From a bacterium (GTDB lineage: Bacteria > SM23-31): a DNA stretch of 64,000 nt. Both the position numbers and the translations under genes were made by a program. This document shows positions 42,761-53,561 of the stretch, piece after piece (positions within the stretch are counted from its first letter, which is position 1; the number at the start of each line of letters is the position of its first letter). The DNA lies in contig OZ252239.1 in the NCBI GenBank assembly GCA_965249485.1, forward strand, positions 1 to 64,000. Reading direction: 5' to 3'. The notes below the pieces were generated by a model. It saw only the letters and a list, made by a program, of their open reading frames with translations, searched no databases and had not been told where the DNA came from.

Positions 42761-44200
42761 ATGCGCAAAAAATGTTTTAGATACGTTGTTACTCTGTTTC
42801 TCATCACTCCTTTTATCTTACTTCCAACAACACTTCTCATGAACACAGATACCAATAATTTTTTAAATAGTAAATCATATGCAGCAGAGAGTGACACGCA
42901 TGTTTCGCAAAATAAAACAGATGAAGAAGACCAGAATTTGTTTGATGAAATCGACAATAACAAAGACGAGCATATTGCTTTTCTACAAGAGCTCATTGTA
43001 GCACAGAAAGACGGAGAAGAAGCTGTTCAGAGTCTTGTTGCAAAGCGGTTTAAAGAACTCGGCTGCACCACTGAAGTGCTCAGTGTGCTTCCTTCAAGTA
43101 TTACAATGGAGCACGAGTTTGCCGCAGTTGAAGCAATTCATGATGTTGAACAAATTACTGTTGTGGGAACCTATCCCGGCAGCGGAAACGGCAAAAGCCT
43201 CCTGATGTATGGACATCCGGATCCAGTACCCAATCCACAAACTGATGAATGGACACGTGTTCCATACGGCGCTGTGATTGAAGGTGACCGACTCTACGGA
43301 TACGGTGTAGCGGACGACCTTGAAGGAATCGCCATCCTCACTGAAGCGATCAATGCACTCCGCAATGCCGGTATACGGCCTGGTGGTGATGTCATTCTCG
43401 GCAGTGCGACAACAAAACAGAATGCCCGTGGAATCATAGCACTTTTAGACAAAGGCTATCGTGCGGATGGTTGTATATATCTTCATCCCGAAGAGACCGG
43501 TGTGGGGATGAAAGAAATTCAAAATATCACTCCAGGGATTCTCCGTTTCAGAATCACCGTTTCAGGAAAGCAGCCATCTACAAAGACACCGGGTAATACA
43601 GCTTTTGCACATCTTGGCGTTAACGCCATTGACAAAGCCGTTGTTATTGTCCAGGCACTGAAAAAGCTGGATGCGGAACGAGGCGAACGGATTTCGTATA
43701 AAATTCTTAATGACAAAGTTGGAAGATCGACAAATATACTGATCGGCAATATTAGTAGTGAAGGAAATTTCCCCATAGAGTGTATTGTTGAAGCATCAAT
43801 TACTTTTCCCCCTACGGAAAAAATGAATGACGTTAAGAGAGAGGTAGAAAATAGTATTGCCGGAGTTTCCGAATCCGACATATGGCTGAAAGAAAATCCT
43901 CCTTCTTTATTGTGGCTGTTTGGCGGTGAAGGAATGGATATTTCAGTAGAACATCCTCTCTGCAAAACGGTTAGCAGCGCTATAGAGGCCGTCACAGGTG
44001 AAGAACCGGTTACAAATCCCATGCATGCCGCAAGCTCGATTTATAATCCCTATCTGTATAGCGGAATTCCATCGGTAGCGTACGGACCGCTTGGTGGTAA
44101 TTTAACTTCGAACGGACTTGTTGACGAATGGATCGATGTGCCCGATTATATCAGGGCAATCAAAGTAACCGCAAAAATAATTCTTGATTGGACCAGATAG
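42761..44200 (+). CDS. M20/ArgE-like protein with N-terminal signal/TM and atypical metal site
   Basis: GKSLLMYGHPD, W..VPY..IEGDRLYGYGVADD, GVNAIDKA, GIPSVAYGP, DEWI; canonical EE and terminal His missing. Confidence 0.8.
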   Translation: MRKKCFRYVVTLFLITPFILLPTTLLMNTDTNNFLNSKSYAAESDTHVSQNKTDEEDQNLFDEIDNNKDEHIAFLQELIVAQKDGEEAVQSLVAKRFKELGCTTEVLSVLPSSITMEHEFAAVEAIHDVEQITVVGTYPGSGNGKSLLMYGHPDPVPNPQTDEWTRVPYGAVIEGDRLYGYGVADDLEGIAILTEAINALRNAGIRPGGDVILGSATTKQNARGIIALLDKGYRADGCIYLHPEETGVGMKEIQNITPGILRFRITVSGKQPSTKTPGNTAFAHLGVNAIDKAVVIVQALKKLDAERGERISYKILNDKVGRSTNILIGNISSEGNFPIECIVEASITFPPTEKMNDVKREVENSIAGVSESDIWLKENPPSLLWLFGGEGMDISVEHPLCKTVSSAIEAVTGEEPVTNPMHAASSIYNPYLYSGIPSVAYGPLGGNLTSNGLVDEWIDVPDYIRAIKVTAKIILDWTR

Positions 44201-44229
44201 AACTTTAGGAAAAATGCTGTTATCTGAGA

Positions 44230-46531
44230 TTATTTTCGCAAAAGGTAGGTGAATTTCGCGAGGAGGGTTCTATTGGTGGTCACATCATTACTGTTTCCTA
44301 TTAGATTCTCCTGATTATACACCAAATAAAAATCGGCACCCAGCTGGTACCTGTACCGGAGTATAATATTCTGTGACACTTGATTTCTGTCATCTAACAG
44401 CAAGGCGTCATCAACCCACTGGAAAAATCCTTTAATATATAATTCTGTATTAAATGCATAGCTCAACCTTGCTGAAATTAAATTCGTATGAAAATCCCCT
44501 TCGGGAACATCGACCTTGCTGTAATTATAATCCGCACTTGCAAAAACTCGTGGATGTGCTCGAACTGTTGTGCTCACTCCAACTCCCGATGAATTGCCGG
44601 TGAATAAATCCCCCCAATTCACATTGAACGATCCATGGACGGTTTTTGTCCTGCCCGAGCGATAAAGGCCGCGAAATTTCGTATTAGTATATTCACCTTG
44701 AGGAATTACACGACCAGGTCGAATTTCAAAATTTTTATCGAGGTACTCAAACTCCCTATCAACGGAAATACTGAGATTTGCAGTATTTTCAAAATCCATG
44801 GTAATTGTTCCATTTACTTTCTTGTTGAGTACCTGGTTACGATGATCAGTTATATAATTTGCATTCGTTATAAAAAGATCTGTCGTATTGTCGAATTGTT
44901 TGGGCGGGGTGAAAACGTGATACTGCCATCGGTGAACTTGATATCCGTCCTTTTGACAAAACCCATTGCCGGATTAAAATCTTTATCAATGTTCAGAAAA
45001 GAAAGGTTATACTGCCAGAGGTCCGATTGAAATTTCAGTCCGGCATTTCCTGAAAAATTATTTCTTTTACCTTTCTCTTCCGGCGAATACGTTCCCGCAC
45101 CAACCATAAAAAATGAGAGTCTTTCGCTGAAATTGAAGTTGGAGTCAAAACCAATCGAACGGTTATATCCTCCATCCCTTTCTTCTTTATTCAAAAACAT
45201 TACACCGACAGCGGAACGCGAAAAAATGTCACGTTTCAGTCTGAATGCACTAAAATTAGTTTCAGGAATAACTGACGTATTATTCGCAAGAGAGGTTTTT
45301 TCGGTTTGAAGAGACATGAGTCCCAACGAATAGTTTCCAATCTTGCCATTAAGGCGTGCACCACCCAGTATAGGCACAAGATTTCCGTCTGAAAGACCGA
45401 TTGTGCGACTATGAAACAGTTGGAAATTAGGTGCCTGACTAAACTGTGGCACCGTTACATCATTGATTGGATTTCCGCCCAGTTGTGCCTGGCCAAACGA
45501 AAATGTTCCCGCACCCTCTAAAAAAAACTCCCGTTTTTCAGGAAAAAACAGACTGAATCGTGTAAGGTTTACCTGTTCCTGATCCGCCTCGACCTGCGCA
45601 AAATCAGTATTAACGGTAAAATCGGCTGTTAATGTCGACGTGATGCTCTTTTTTAAGTCAATTCCGATTTCGCCGAGTTCATCTTCTACGATATCATCTC
45701 GCTGCATTCCACCTGTCACAAAGGGTTTAAAATCAAAATTACCTCCTGTTACCAGACCGTTGAAACCGGTAACATCACCTGCCTGGGATACACGCTCCTG
45801 CCCTTCAATGCCCGCATAGAGCGGCACGAAACGCCAGATTTCTTTTTCATTTTTTCTTATTATTGTGCGCACATAATTAACTCCCCAAACAAGATTATCT
45901 CCCTCATTATAACGAAGTGTCTGCCAGGGCACATAGAATAGATCTCAAGGTACCACCCCAGTTCATCAATCGAAGCTTTTGCATCCCATACACCCTCCCA
46001 AGCGCCATTGCGTATTCTCCCGTCCTCCCGGATGATCGCATCATTGACAGATCCCGCAGCGTTGATAATAAGATTAAAAGCACTTTGATAGTCGTGAAAC
46101 GTATCGAGAACTATCTCAAACCTATCGTCAAATACTAAATCCCCATCTCTTCTCATCTCCGAAATGTGGATTTTGTCTGGCTCGGAATCGTACAAACGGA
46201 CACCAAAATAAACATTCTCATCATCATAAATAATAGCAACTTCGGTCTTTTCAGTCGGAGGAGCACCGGTATCCGGAACCCGCTGGATAAAATCGTCCTG
46301 GAACTTTGCCTCTTCCCACACCGGATCGTCGAGAACACCGTCAATTTTGGGACCTTTGGCAACCCGTACTGCCTGCATAGTTTTGTGGAATTCACCAGAT
46401 TCCCGTGACGACGCATTTTGTCCGGTTTCCTGTGCATGTAATATACCCGGAACAAAAACTGCAATGAGCAGCATAAATTGCAGTGTTAATTTTAGAAATT
46501 TATTCGTAGTGGAACGTTTCATCGTTTGCAT
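44230..46531 (-). pseudogene. CBM9-like + DUF5916 outer-membrane protein split into three ORFs by two frameshifts
   Basis: PKIDGVLDDPVW, NTDFAQVEAD, NLTRFSLFFPEKREFFLEG, C-terminal AKFTYL; frameshifts at a 5-bp tandem duplication (45933-45942) and a T5 run (44872-44876). Confidence 0.85.
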
Positions 46532-46681
46532 AGTCTTCCTGAAGTTTCCGATACCAATTTTAGAGGAAATGAATTTGTAGTGCTCGAGTATATCGTCAGA
46601 GTATATGAGAGCAAAAAATACGAGATACCGTTTACTTTAACAAGTGTTTTTTAAATCTCAAGCTGAACGAACTGCATACTT

Positions 46682-48022
46682 TTAGTGTATTAACCGTATC
46701 CCATTCATCGGTGGATAAAGAAACTCTACACCACGTTCGGTGACAATCACATCATCTTCCATTGCAAAATAAATGTGTTTCCCTTTGCCCAATTCAGGCA
46801 TCGGGCTGTGCACTCCATATTCAAATACGAAGAGATGATAGGGAGGAATCGTCAATTGAGCTTTATCCGAGTTTTCGACAATACTCGGGCCGACTCCGTC
46901 GACCGGCCAGCTATTACCGAGAGGGTGGAAACCTACATTAATCTGTGTCTTTGCAGGATCGACATTGATGTCATATTGATCCCTGGAAGTGTAGTGAAAT
47001 CCCGACTCCTCTAACTTATCTTTGAGGATTTCAAACGTTTCCATTCCGGTACGACCCGCCTTTATGTTTTTGCGGAAAATTTCCCGCGCATCCAATGCTT
47101 CATCTAACGTTTTCTGAATTCCGGACGGTAGAGCTGTTTCTCCTTCCCGTAGAATATATGATATCCGTTTAATATCTATGCGGTAATTCATATGTATCGT
47201 ACCAAAATCAATATGGAGCACATCCCCTCTCTGGACTACGTAATGATCGCCTCCACGTGCATCATTTTCGTGCCCGTCAACATCTCTGACAAATACACCC
47301 GGTATCAGAAATTGAAACATCGAGTCAAACCCTCTCGTCATGTTCTGGTTTACGAGCCACCGGCCGATATCACCTACGGTAGTGACACCTGGCTTGACCA
47401 TATCGAATGCCTTCTCGATCACATTTACGGTCTCTTTGCACAGCTCGCCAAAGTAGACTACTTCACTCATCACCCTTCTTGTTCGAAAATCGGTAATAAG
47501 GTTCTCCGCCGAAACGATTCTTTGTGCATATTTATTGCCTAAATCACTAACCAATTTGCGGTAGTCCGTGTACGAAATACCGTCAGCTACGGCGATTGTT
47601 TCCGAAAAATTTACGGCTATACGATTCGGATCACGTTCAGATACAAACTCTGCAATCTCATTCGCCCGCCCTACAATATCGTATGCTTTACTGTTTCGAG
47701 CAGTAGTAGATGCACGACCCAGAACAGCCCGCTCGATCCTGTCACCTCCCCGGTCTGTAAAAATAAAGGTACCGGTGTTGCTGCCAAAATCCAATCTGAG
47801 TGGATCGAGATTGCCTTCTTCACCATTTTTTGTTCCCATTACGTGAATCCACATGTCAATATCGTTATCCCGCATAGCCTGAGGCAGAATATTGTCAAAC
47901 TTCTCTCTGCGGATCAGATCCAGCATGTCCAGCATTTTGTCTGATTCAAGATTTTGGGCCGGGAGTCTCTCGACAAGCAAAAAGAACGATAAAATCAACA
48001 CAACAATCCGAGATTTACGCAT
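46682..48022 (-). CDS. Exported M24-like paralog P7, complete metal site
   Basis: MRDNDIDMWI, GDVLHIDFG..IDIKR, GFH, FVFEY, AMEDD. Confidence 0.88.
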   Translation of the reverse strand: MRKSRIVVLILSFFLLVERLPAQNLESDKMLDMLDLIRREKFDNILPQAMRDNDIDMWIHVMGTKNGEEGNLDPLRLDFGSNTGTFIFTDRGGDRIERAVLGRASTTARNSKAYDIVGRANEIAEFVSERDPNRIAVNFSETIAVADGISYTDYRKLVSDLGNKYAQRIVSAENLITDFRTRRVMSEVVYFGELCKETVNVIEKAFDMVKPGVTTVGDIGRWLVNQNMTRGFDSMFQFLIPGVFVRDVDGHENDARGGDHYVVQRGDVLHIDFGTIHMNYRIDIKRISYILREGETALPSGIQKTLDEALDAREIFRKNIKAGRTGMETFEILKDKLEESGFHYTSRDQYDINVDPAKTQINVGFHPLGNSWPVDGVGPSIVENSDKAQLTIPPYHLFVFEYGVHSPMPELGKGKHIYFAMEDDVIVTERGVEFLYPPMNGIRLIH

Positions 48023-48197
48023 GATTTCACCTCATAATTAATGGTTATATCAAATAACGTATTAATGATCTATATAGTATCGAGAATGATTAATTGAAAA
48101 ACTTATTTGACCAATTATGTGGAATTGTTCAATATCCGGCTGTACTTGTATGACTTCTCAAACCGGCATAAAGAAAGTATAAAAATTCGTTACAGAA

Positions 48198-48905
48198 TTA
48201 TGACAGCTTTTCAAATAGATCGTTAATCGGAGGATTGTGGCTTTCCATAAAGATCTCAAAGAAAAACTCATGTTGAATCATATCCTTAATACCCACAGCA
48301 TCAATTGTGTCCTGAAACGTTACATAGCAGTCCAGCGCTTTTTTATTGACCTCGATATCAACATCCTCAACATGTACAATGCAGTCAATTTCTTCTTCTG
48401 TTGAATAGCTCAGATGAAAATAGGTAACCTTTTCGGCACTTTCCCGGGTAATCGTCAAGAATGCTAGCCTTTTTAGATATTGAGCGGATGACATCATGTC
48501 CATATATACCCGCTTCACGATACCATGACAGATCAGGTGATCGTGGAAACCACTGATGCCGTGGACAGGATATGTTACAATCACATGAGGTTGCACAGTT
48601 CTGATTTCCTCTTCAATTACCTGCTCAATCTCACGAGGGTCCATTTCCTTTAATCCGCTGTCAGGAAGATCAAGCACGTTCATCCCCGTAAGGTTGAGTG
48701 TTTTAGCTACATTCAGCATCTCTTCATAGCGAATCTCTCCCATTTCGTCAACAGATTTACCATATTTGTGCCGCTGTTTGGTTGCCCCGCCTTTTGTCAA
48801 TGTCAACAAATAGACCTCATGGCCTTCTCTAAGTTGTTTATGCATGACATGCGCAGGTCCAAACGACTCATCATCAGGATGGGGATATATATAGAGTATT
48901 TTCAT
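48198..48905 (-). CDS. PIG-L/LmbE family N-deacetylase (BshB/MshB-like)
   Basis: YPHPDDES, RYEEM, LPDSGL, GISGFHDH. Confidence 0.9.
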   Translation of the reverse strand: MKILYIYPHPDDESFGPAHVMHKQLREGHEVYLLTLTKGGATKQRHKYGKSVDEMGEIRYEEMLNVAKTLNLTGMNVLDLPDSGLKEMDPREIEQVIEEEIRTVQPHVIVTYPVHGISGFHDHLICHGIVKRVYMDMMSSAQYLKRLAFLTITRESAEKVTYFHLSYSTEEEIDCIVHVEDVDIEVNKKALDCYVTFQDTIDAVGIKDMIQHEFFFEIFMESHNPPINDLFEKLS

Positions 48906-48941
48906 GTCGATTCCTTTAAATAAAACAATGATTGGCTTATA

Positions 48942-49610
48942 CTATACTTTCAATTTCGATAATGCAACAATATCTTTACACTCGAGTATTTGTTTAATAT
49001 AAGCATGTGCGACACTATGGATCATAGCAAGCCCGATCTCATCCAATGTGGTGACATATTTCGGAAAGAGTATCTTCAACAGAGGATAGAATGGTGCAAG
49101 GTACCTGTAGAATGCAAGTGTATTGTTCAGCCCCATGGTTGGATGAATATATCCGGGCCTGAACATATATGCTGCTTTAAAGGGAAGCTTCATCAAATCA
49201 TTCTCCGTTTTACCTTTCACACGTGCCCACATACTGCGTCCCTTTTCAGTGCTGTCGGTTCCTGCGCCGGAAACATAGCAGAACGTCATATCGGGATTGA
49301 GCTCGGCTAAAGTATTGGCAACATTCAATGTTAGATCATAAGTGATATGCCGATAATCTTCCTCTTTCATACCAATCGCGGAGATTCCCATGCAAAAGTA
49401 GCAGGCATTATACCCTGATAACTGGTCTCTGAGCGGTGTTAGCTCAAAAAAATCCTGATTAATAATTTCTTTCAGCTTTTCATTCTGGACACCACAGGAT
49501 TTTCTATTGATCACTAATACGGACGACACATCGGAGTGATTGAGACATTCGTGGAGAACACCCTCTCCAATCATTCCTGTTGTCCCGTATATGATTGCAC
49601 GAATTTTCAT
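48942..49610 (-). CDS. NAD(P)-binding Rossmann protein (TIP30/epimerase-like SDR)
   Basis: GTTGMIG, ACYFCMG, YVSGAGTDSTE, WARVKGKTEN, FRPG. Confidence 0.85.
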   Translation of the reverse strand: MKIRAIIYGTTGMIGEGVLHECLNHSDVSSVLVINRKSCGVQNEKLKEIINQDFFELTPLRDQLSGYNACYFCMGISAIGMKEEDYRHITYDLTLNVANTLAELNPDMTFCYVSGAGTDSTEKGRSMWARVKGKTENDLMKLPFKAAYMFRPGYIHPTMGLNNTLAFYRYLAPFYPLLKILFPKYVTTLDEIGLAMIHSVAHAYIKQILECKDIVALSKLKV

Positions 49611-49646
49611 GGTTTTATCAACAGTAATTGTTATAAATGATATGAG

Positions 49647-50762
49647 TTATAACATTGATAATTCAGACAATTTTTTATCGTATTCGATTATCATCTCCGT
49701 CCAGTCGTATTTCTTGATAAGTGCTGCGATGTCTTTCGCTCGTGTTCTTGCTTTTTCAACATTCAATATACTGTTTTTTAACTTTTTATATAAATCTTTG
49801 TCATTTTCATAAAAAAGATCGGGGTTAATGGATTCTTCAAACAGCTCTACATATGACAATCTCTTTGGCAGTAAGGGAAGCGTATTGCAATAGACTGCTT
49901 CGACAATGCTTATGCCGAAATAATCCTGTATCGATGTCACCGGTATAATATCTGCTTTCCATAACCAATCTCTATATTCATGAAACGACTCACAATATCC
50001 GATATGTATGATTTCATCACGCAGAATATCAGCTACATTAGCAAAAATATCCGGTACGAACCGGAATTTTTCACCCAGAATTACGAGCGAGAACTCTAAA
50101 CCATCTTGTTTCAACGCAATAAGCGTATCAAAAAATAATTCCGGATTTTTGTCGAATTCCCATCTATGATTCCAGAGAATTATCGGACGATCTTTATCAA
50201 ATGAATGTTTACCTGGCAGGTCGAATTTCTTTAAATCACAACCGAGATAGAGGACTGACGATTTATTCGATATTTCATCGATGGTATGTTCATTTTGATA
50301 ATCAGGCATCTTCTTCAGGTATTTCGTGAGACCTGACAAATAGCTGCTTTTGTGATACTGGGAGTTGAATAAATTCCAGTGACTCACAAGTGAGGACGTG
50401 TAATTTATGTAGTAGTAATGAAAGTCTCTGTTCAGTTCAACATCGTTATCATCGGGCGACCACGGATAGGATATCTGATTTTCATGAAAATATATAACGA
50501 CCGGAATATTCTTTATCTTATCATTGCAGATCGATTTAAATATGGGAAGGTTCAGCATGTCGGAGCATAAGATTAAATCCGGATTTTTATCATATTTCAA
50601 AAACTCATACGCCAGGGTAATTGCACCGCCGTGCATTCTCCATTTCCACTTTCTCCCTGAAAGATGCAAAATATCGATAGTATGTTGAGAATAGCGTTGA
50701 TACGACTTGATCCACTGCTGATGCGAACCAGTGTGATATGGTTCAATATAGAGTATATGCAT
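49647..50762 (-). CDS. GTDC1/QTMAN-like (DUF3524) GT-B glycosyltransferase
   Basis: EPYHTGSHQQW, KWKWRM, YFHENQISYP, FNSQYH, WNHRWEFDKNP, QDYFGISIVEA, PKRLSYVE; start at ATG 50762. Confidence 0.85.
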   Translation of the reverse strand: MHILYIEPYHTGSHQQWIKSYQRYSQHTIDILHLSGRKWKWRMHGGAITLAYEFLKYDKNPDLILCSDMLNLPIFKSICNDKIKNIPVVIYFHENQISYPWSPDDNDVELNRDFHYYYINYTSSLVSHWNLFNSQYHKSSYLSGLTKYLKKMPDYQNEHTIDEISNKSSVLYLGCDLKKFDLPGKHSFDKDRPIILWNHRWEFDKNPELFFDTLIALKQDGLEFSLVILGEKFRFVPDIFANVADILRDEIIHIGYCESFHEYRDWLWKADIIPVTSIQDYFGISIVEAVYCNTLPLLPKRLSYVELFEESINPDLFYENDKDLYKKLKNSILNVEKARTRAKDIAALIKKYDWTEMIIEYDKKLSELSML

Positions 50763-51106
50763 TGTGTCTAATAATATTAATAATGATAGAATACCTTGAG
50801 TCAATAAACCATGGGATTGAACTTTCACTGAACAATTCATATCTCTCATCTGCAAAATATCAATTACTTTTTGGAATATCAAGTGAGGGATTATATATGT
50901 AATAGATTTAACAATATATAATCCAACAAATTATTGTGAAAGCTTATTTAATGGCTCATCTCCAGTAACCAAATATTTTCCTTGTTAAAAAATAATTTCA
51001 TATTAAATTTTCATCACTACTTTTTCATGTGGTCCATTGAGACCAGCCAGTATAGAGTAATACATTGATTTAATAACAAATACAACAAATGGAGGAAATC
51101 ATTCGT

Positions 51107-51511
51107 ATGAAAATAAAATTTGATATGATAGGACTGTTTGTGAAGGACCTGCATGCAATGGTCGCGTTTTACAGAGATGTAATCGGTATTGACATAGATT
51201 GGAATGGAGAGGGGCCCTATGCCGAATTTAAACATGATGGAATCAGGTTCGCATTTTTTAAACGGAAAATGCTCCCCGATCTGCTTGGACAAGAACCTAC
51301 ATATCCAGAGGGTTTGAACGGTACGTTTGAGCTTGCGATTAATTACCCGTTATTAGATGATGTTGACAGGGAATTTACCAGAATGGTGCAAGCCGGAGGC
51401 ATACCTATCTATGAACCACGGAATGAACCGTGGGGCCTTAGATCATCCATGGTAGCAGATCCAGAAAATAATCTCATTGAATTGGGTTCATGGATTGAGA
51501 AACAAAAATAA
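51107..51511 (+). CDS. VOC/glyoxalase family protein
   Basis: IGLFVKDLHAMVAFY, EPWGLRSSMVADPENNLIEL. Confidence 0.9.
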   Translation: MKIKFDMIGLFVKDLHAMVAFYRDVIGIDIDWNGEGPYAEFKHDGIRFAFFKRKMLPDLLGQEPTYPEGLNGTFELAINYPLLDDVDREFTRMVQAGGIPIYEPRNEPWGLRSSMVADPENNLIELGSWIEKQK

Positions 51512-51748
51512 CCTCAAAGTGTCACTTTTCAACACACTAAACTGAATGATTTGAACACCTACCGTATAAAAAATCAGATCCATTCGAAACAGTTACTTCT
51601 ATAAATAATGGACATTTTATTTAATGTAATCGTAGTAAGCATAAGAATGGCGTCGAACACCGTTAATAAAAGTGCACATCGTCCATTTGTTGGACGAGGT
51701 GCAGCATAGATATTTAACCTTTACTTTTAAATTCTCAATTTCACCGTG

Positions 51749-53095
51749 TTATCGAATCAGGAGCACGCGATCCTGCGGTGGGTGGAGCCATTCGATACCG
51801 CGTTCCGTGACCAAAACATTTTCTTCAATGTTGACGGGGATTTTTCCACCATCCCATTCGACCGCCGGTGTAAAAACGATATATTCCATTGAAAGAATGG
51901 CATTAGGCCTCACTTCGTATTTAGTCCTTTCAGGATAAAGTTCGAAAAGCGCTGCCGCCAGATCATGGCTGATATTGCCCGCGGCATGCATTCCGACATT
52001 CACCTCGATTCCCGGGACACTACTTGCCCTCTCAATTTCTGTGTAAACATAGCCGGCGTCTCGAATGATCTGTTTGAGTTCATCTATCTGCACCCGGCCG
52101 GTTCGTCCTGTGCGAACGTTTTTCCGAATAATCTCTCGCACTTTCTTTGCCTCCTCAAAAGTATTCAAAACACCTGGTGGTGCATCCAATTCTCCTTCTT
52201 TGAGGACATATGCGAACCGTTTCATGTCCGTAGCGAAATTATTTCGATTGAGCCCCCAATCAATCTGCAATACATCACCGCGCTGGATAACGCGCTCTGT
52301 TCCACCGATTTCACTGCCATCGGGCCGATGTGAGTAAACCGTTGGAAACCATGTTCTGAGCAGGCCGAGTTTTTCCCGATACTCCTCTAACCACCGTGCG
52401 ACCTGATTATGAGTTGTCTTGCCGGGTGTGATAACTTCGTTCGATAAAGCACGTTCAAGTCCTCTCCGGGTTATGTCAGCGACCTTGGAAAACTCGATAA
52501 TTTCGCTCCCAACGCGTTCACCGTGGAATTCGGCAATAAGATGTTGAGCTGATACGAAGCGTTTTGTATATTTCTCACCTAATTCTTTTTCGAGAAACTT
52601 GTAATCCGTGTATGAAAGGCCGTCTGAGGTGTGGATTCCTTCCATCTGTTCATTCGGTACTGCAATATAATTGAGACCAATTCTCTGCGGGTCACGGTCA
52701 TAGACAAGTGACCGGAGATCATCGTCTCCCTCAATTTCGTCGTAGGCACCGCACATTTGAGCAAGATCAGAACGTCCGCCAAGAGAATACCTTTCGATAC
52801 GACCACCACCATTGTCATAAAAGACGAAAATTCCCTGACCGTAAGCAGTTTCAATGCCGAAATCAAGCATCATCGGTTCCATACCACGACCGTGGTCAAT
52901 GACAATCCACATATCGATATTGTTGCGGCGCATGGCATTGGGAAGCACGTAATCAAATTTGTCGTTACGGATCATACACGAAATCTCCCATTGGGACTGC
53001 CAGGAGGCTTGGTGGTTATCGGGTGGTCGCTGCGCATAGGCATCTGGTATAATGAGTATCACAGCAAACGATAACATCACAAGTCGAGATAGCAT
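51749..53095 (-). CDS. Exported M24-like paralog P8, complete metal site
   Basis: Start ATG 53095 after GAGGAG; MRRNNIDMWI, GDVLQIDWG..TDMKR, GMHAAGNISH, SMEY, NIEEN. Confidence 0.88.
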   Translation of the reverse strand: MLSRLVMLSFAVILIIPDAYAQRPPDNHQASWQSQWEISCMIRNDKFDYVLPNAMRRNNIDMWIVIDHGRGMEPMMLDFGIETAYGQGIFVFYDNGGGRIERYSLGGRSDLAQMCGAYDEIEGDDDLRSLVYDRDPQRIGLNYIAVPNEQMEGIHTSDGLSYTDYKFLEKELGEKYTKRFVSAQHLIAEFHGERVGSEIIEFSKVADITRRGLERALSNEVITPGKTTHNQVARWLEEYREKLGLLRTWFPTVYSHRPDGSEIGGTERVIQRGDVLQIDWGLNRNNFATDMKRFAYVLKEGELDAPPGVLNTFEEAKKVREIIRKNVRTGRTGRVQIDELKQIIRDAGYVYTEIERASSVPGIEVNVGMHAAGNISHDLAAALFELYPERTKYEVRPNAILSMEYIVFTPAVEWDGGKIPVNIEENVLVTERGIEWLHPPQDRVLLIR

Positions 53096-53393
53096 AATGT
53101 TCTCCTCATTTGATTGAAACGTGATTTTAAATGACATATCGGATTCTGTTTTAATGATACATGTTTTCAGGAAAGTAAGCAAGTTGAATGTACAGAAAAA
53201 GAAAACTTTATGAGAATTTTTGCTTAGAAACACAAGAATCCGTTGAACGGTATACTTGTCGAATCCTAACGAATTGCAGAGGAGTGAAAAATATGTTGGG
53301 TGAGCTTATTAAGAAACAGTGAATGGTAGATTTTGCAGAAAGAGAAGTGGAACGTGCGCGAAACGTGTATAATCTTAGGAGACCAAAGAGAGT

Positions 53394-53421
53394 CCTCGGA
53401 ATCGGCCACCCGATTCCGAGG
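53394..53421 (-). terminator. GC-rich 12-bp hairpin, probable terminator of the CMD gene
   Basis: CCTCGGAATCGG-ccac-CCGATTCCGAGG; only a weak pyrimidine tail (ACTCTCTTT) on the minus strand. Confidence 0.55.
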
Positions 53422-53561
53422 CTGTTTCACCACCGAATACTGTTACTACGCCAATGGATAATACAACGATGTATATATCGATGAATTGACTAACTCAAAT
53501 AATAGTCCAAAATATGAGAGCTGGTCAATAGATTCATTTCCATTGATATGAACAGGCAGTG

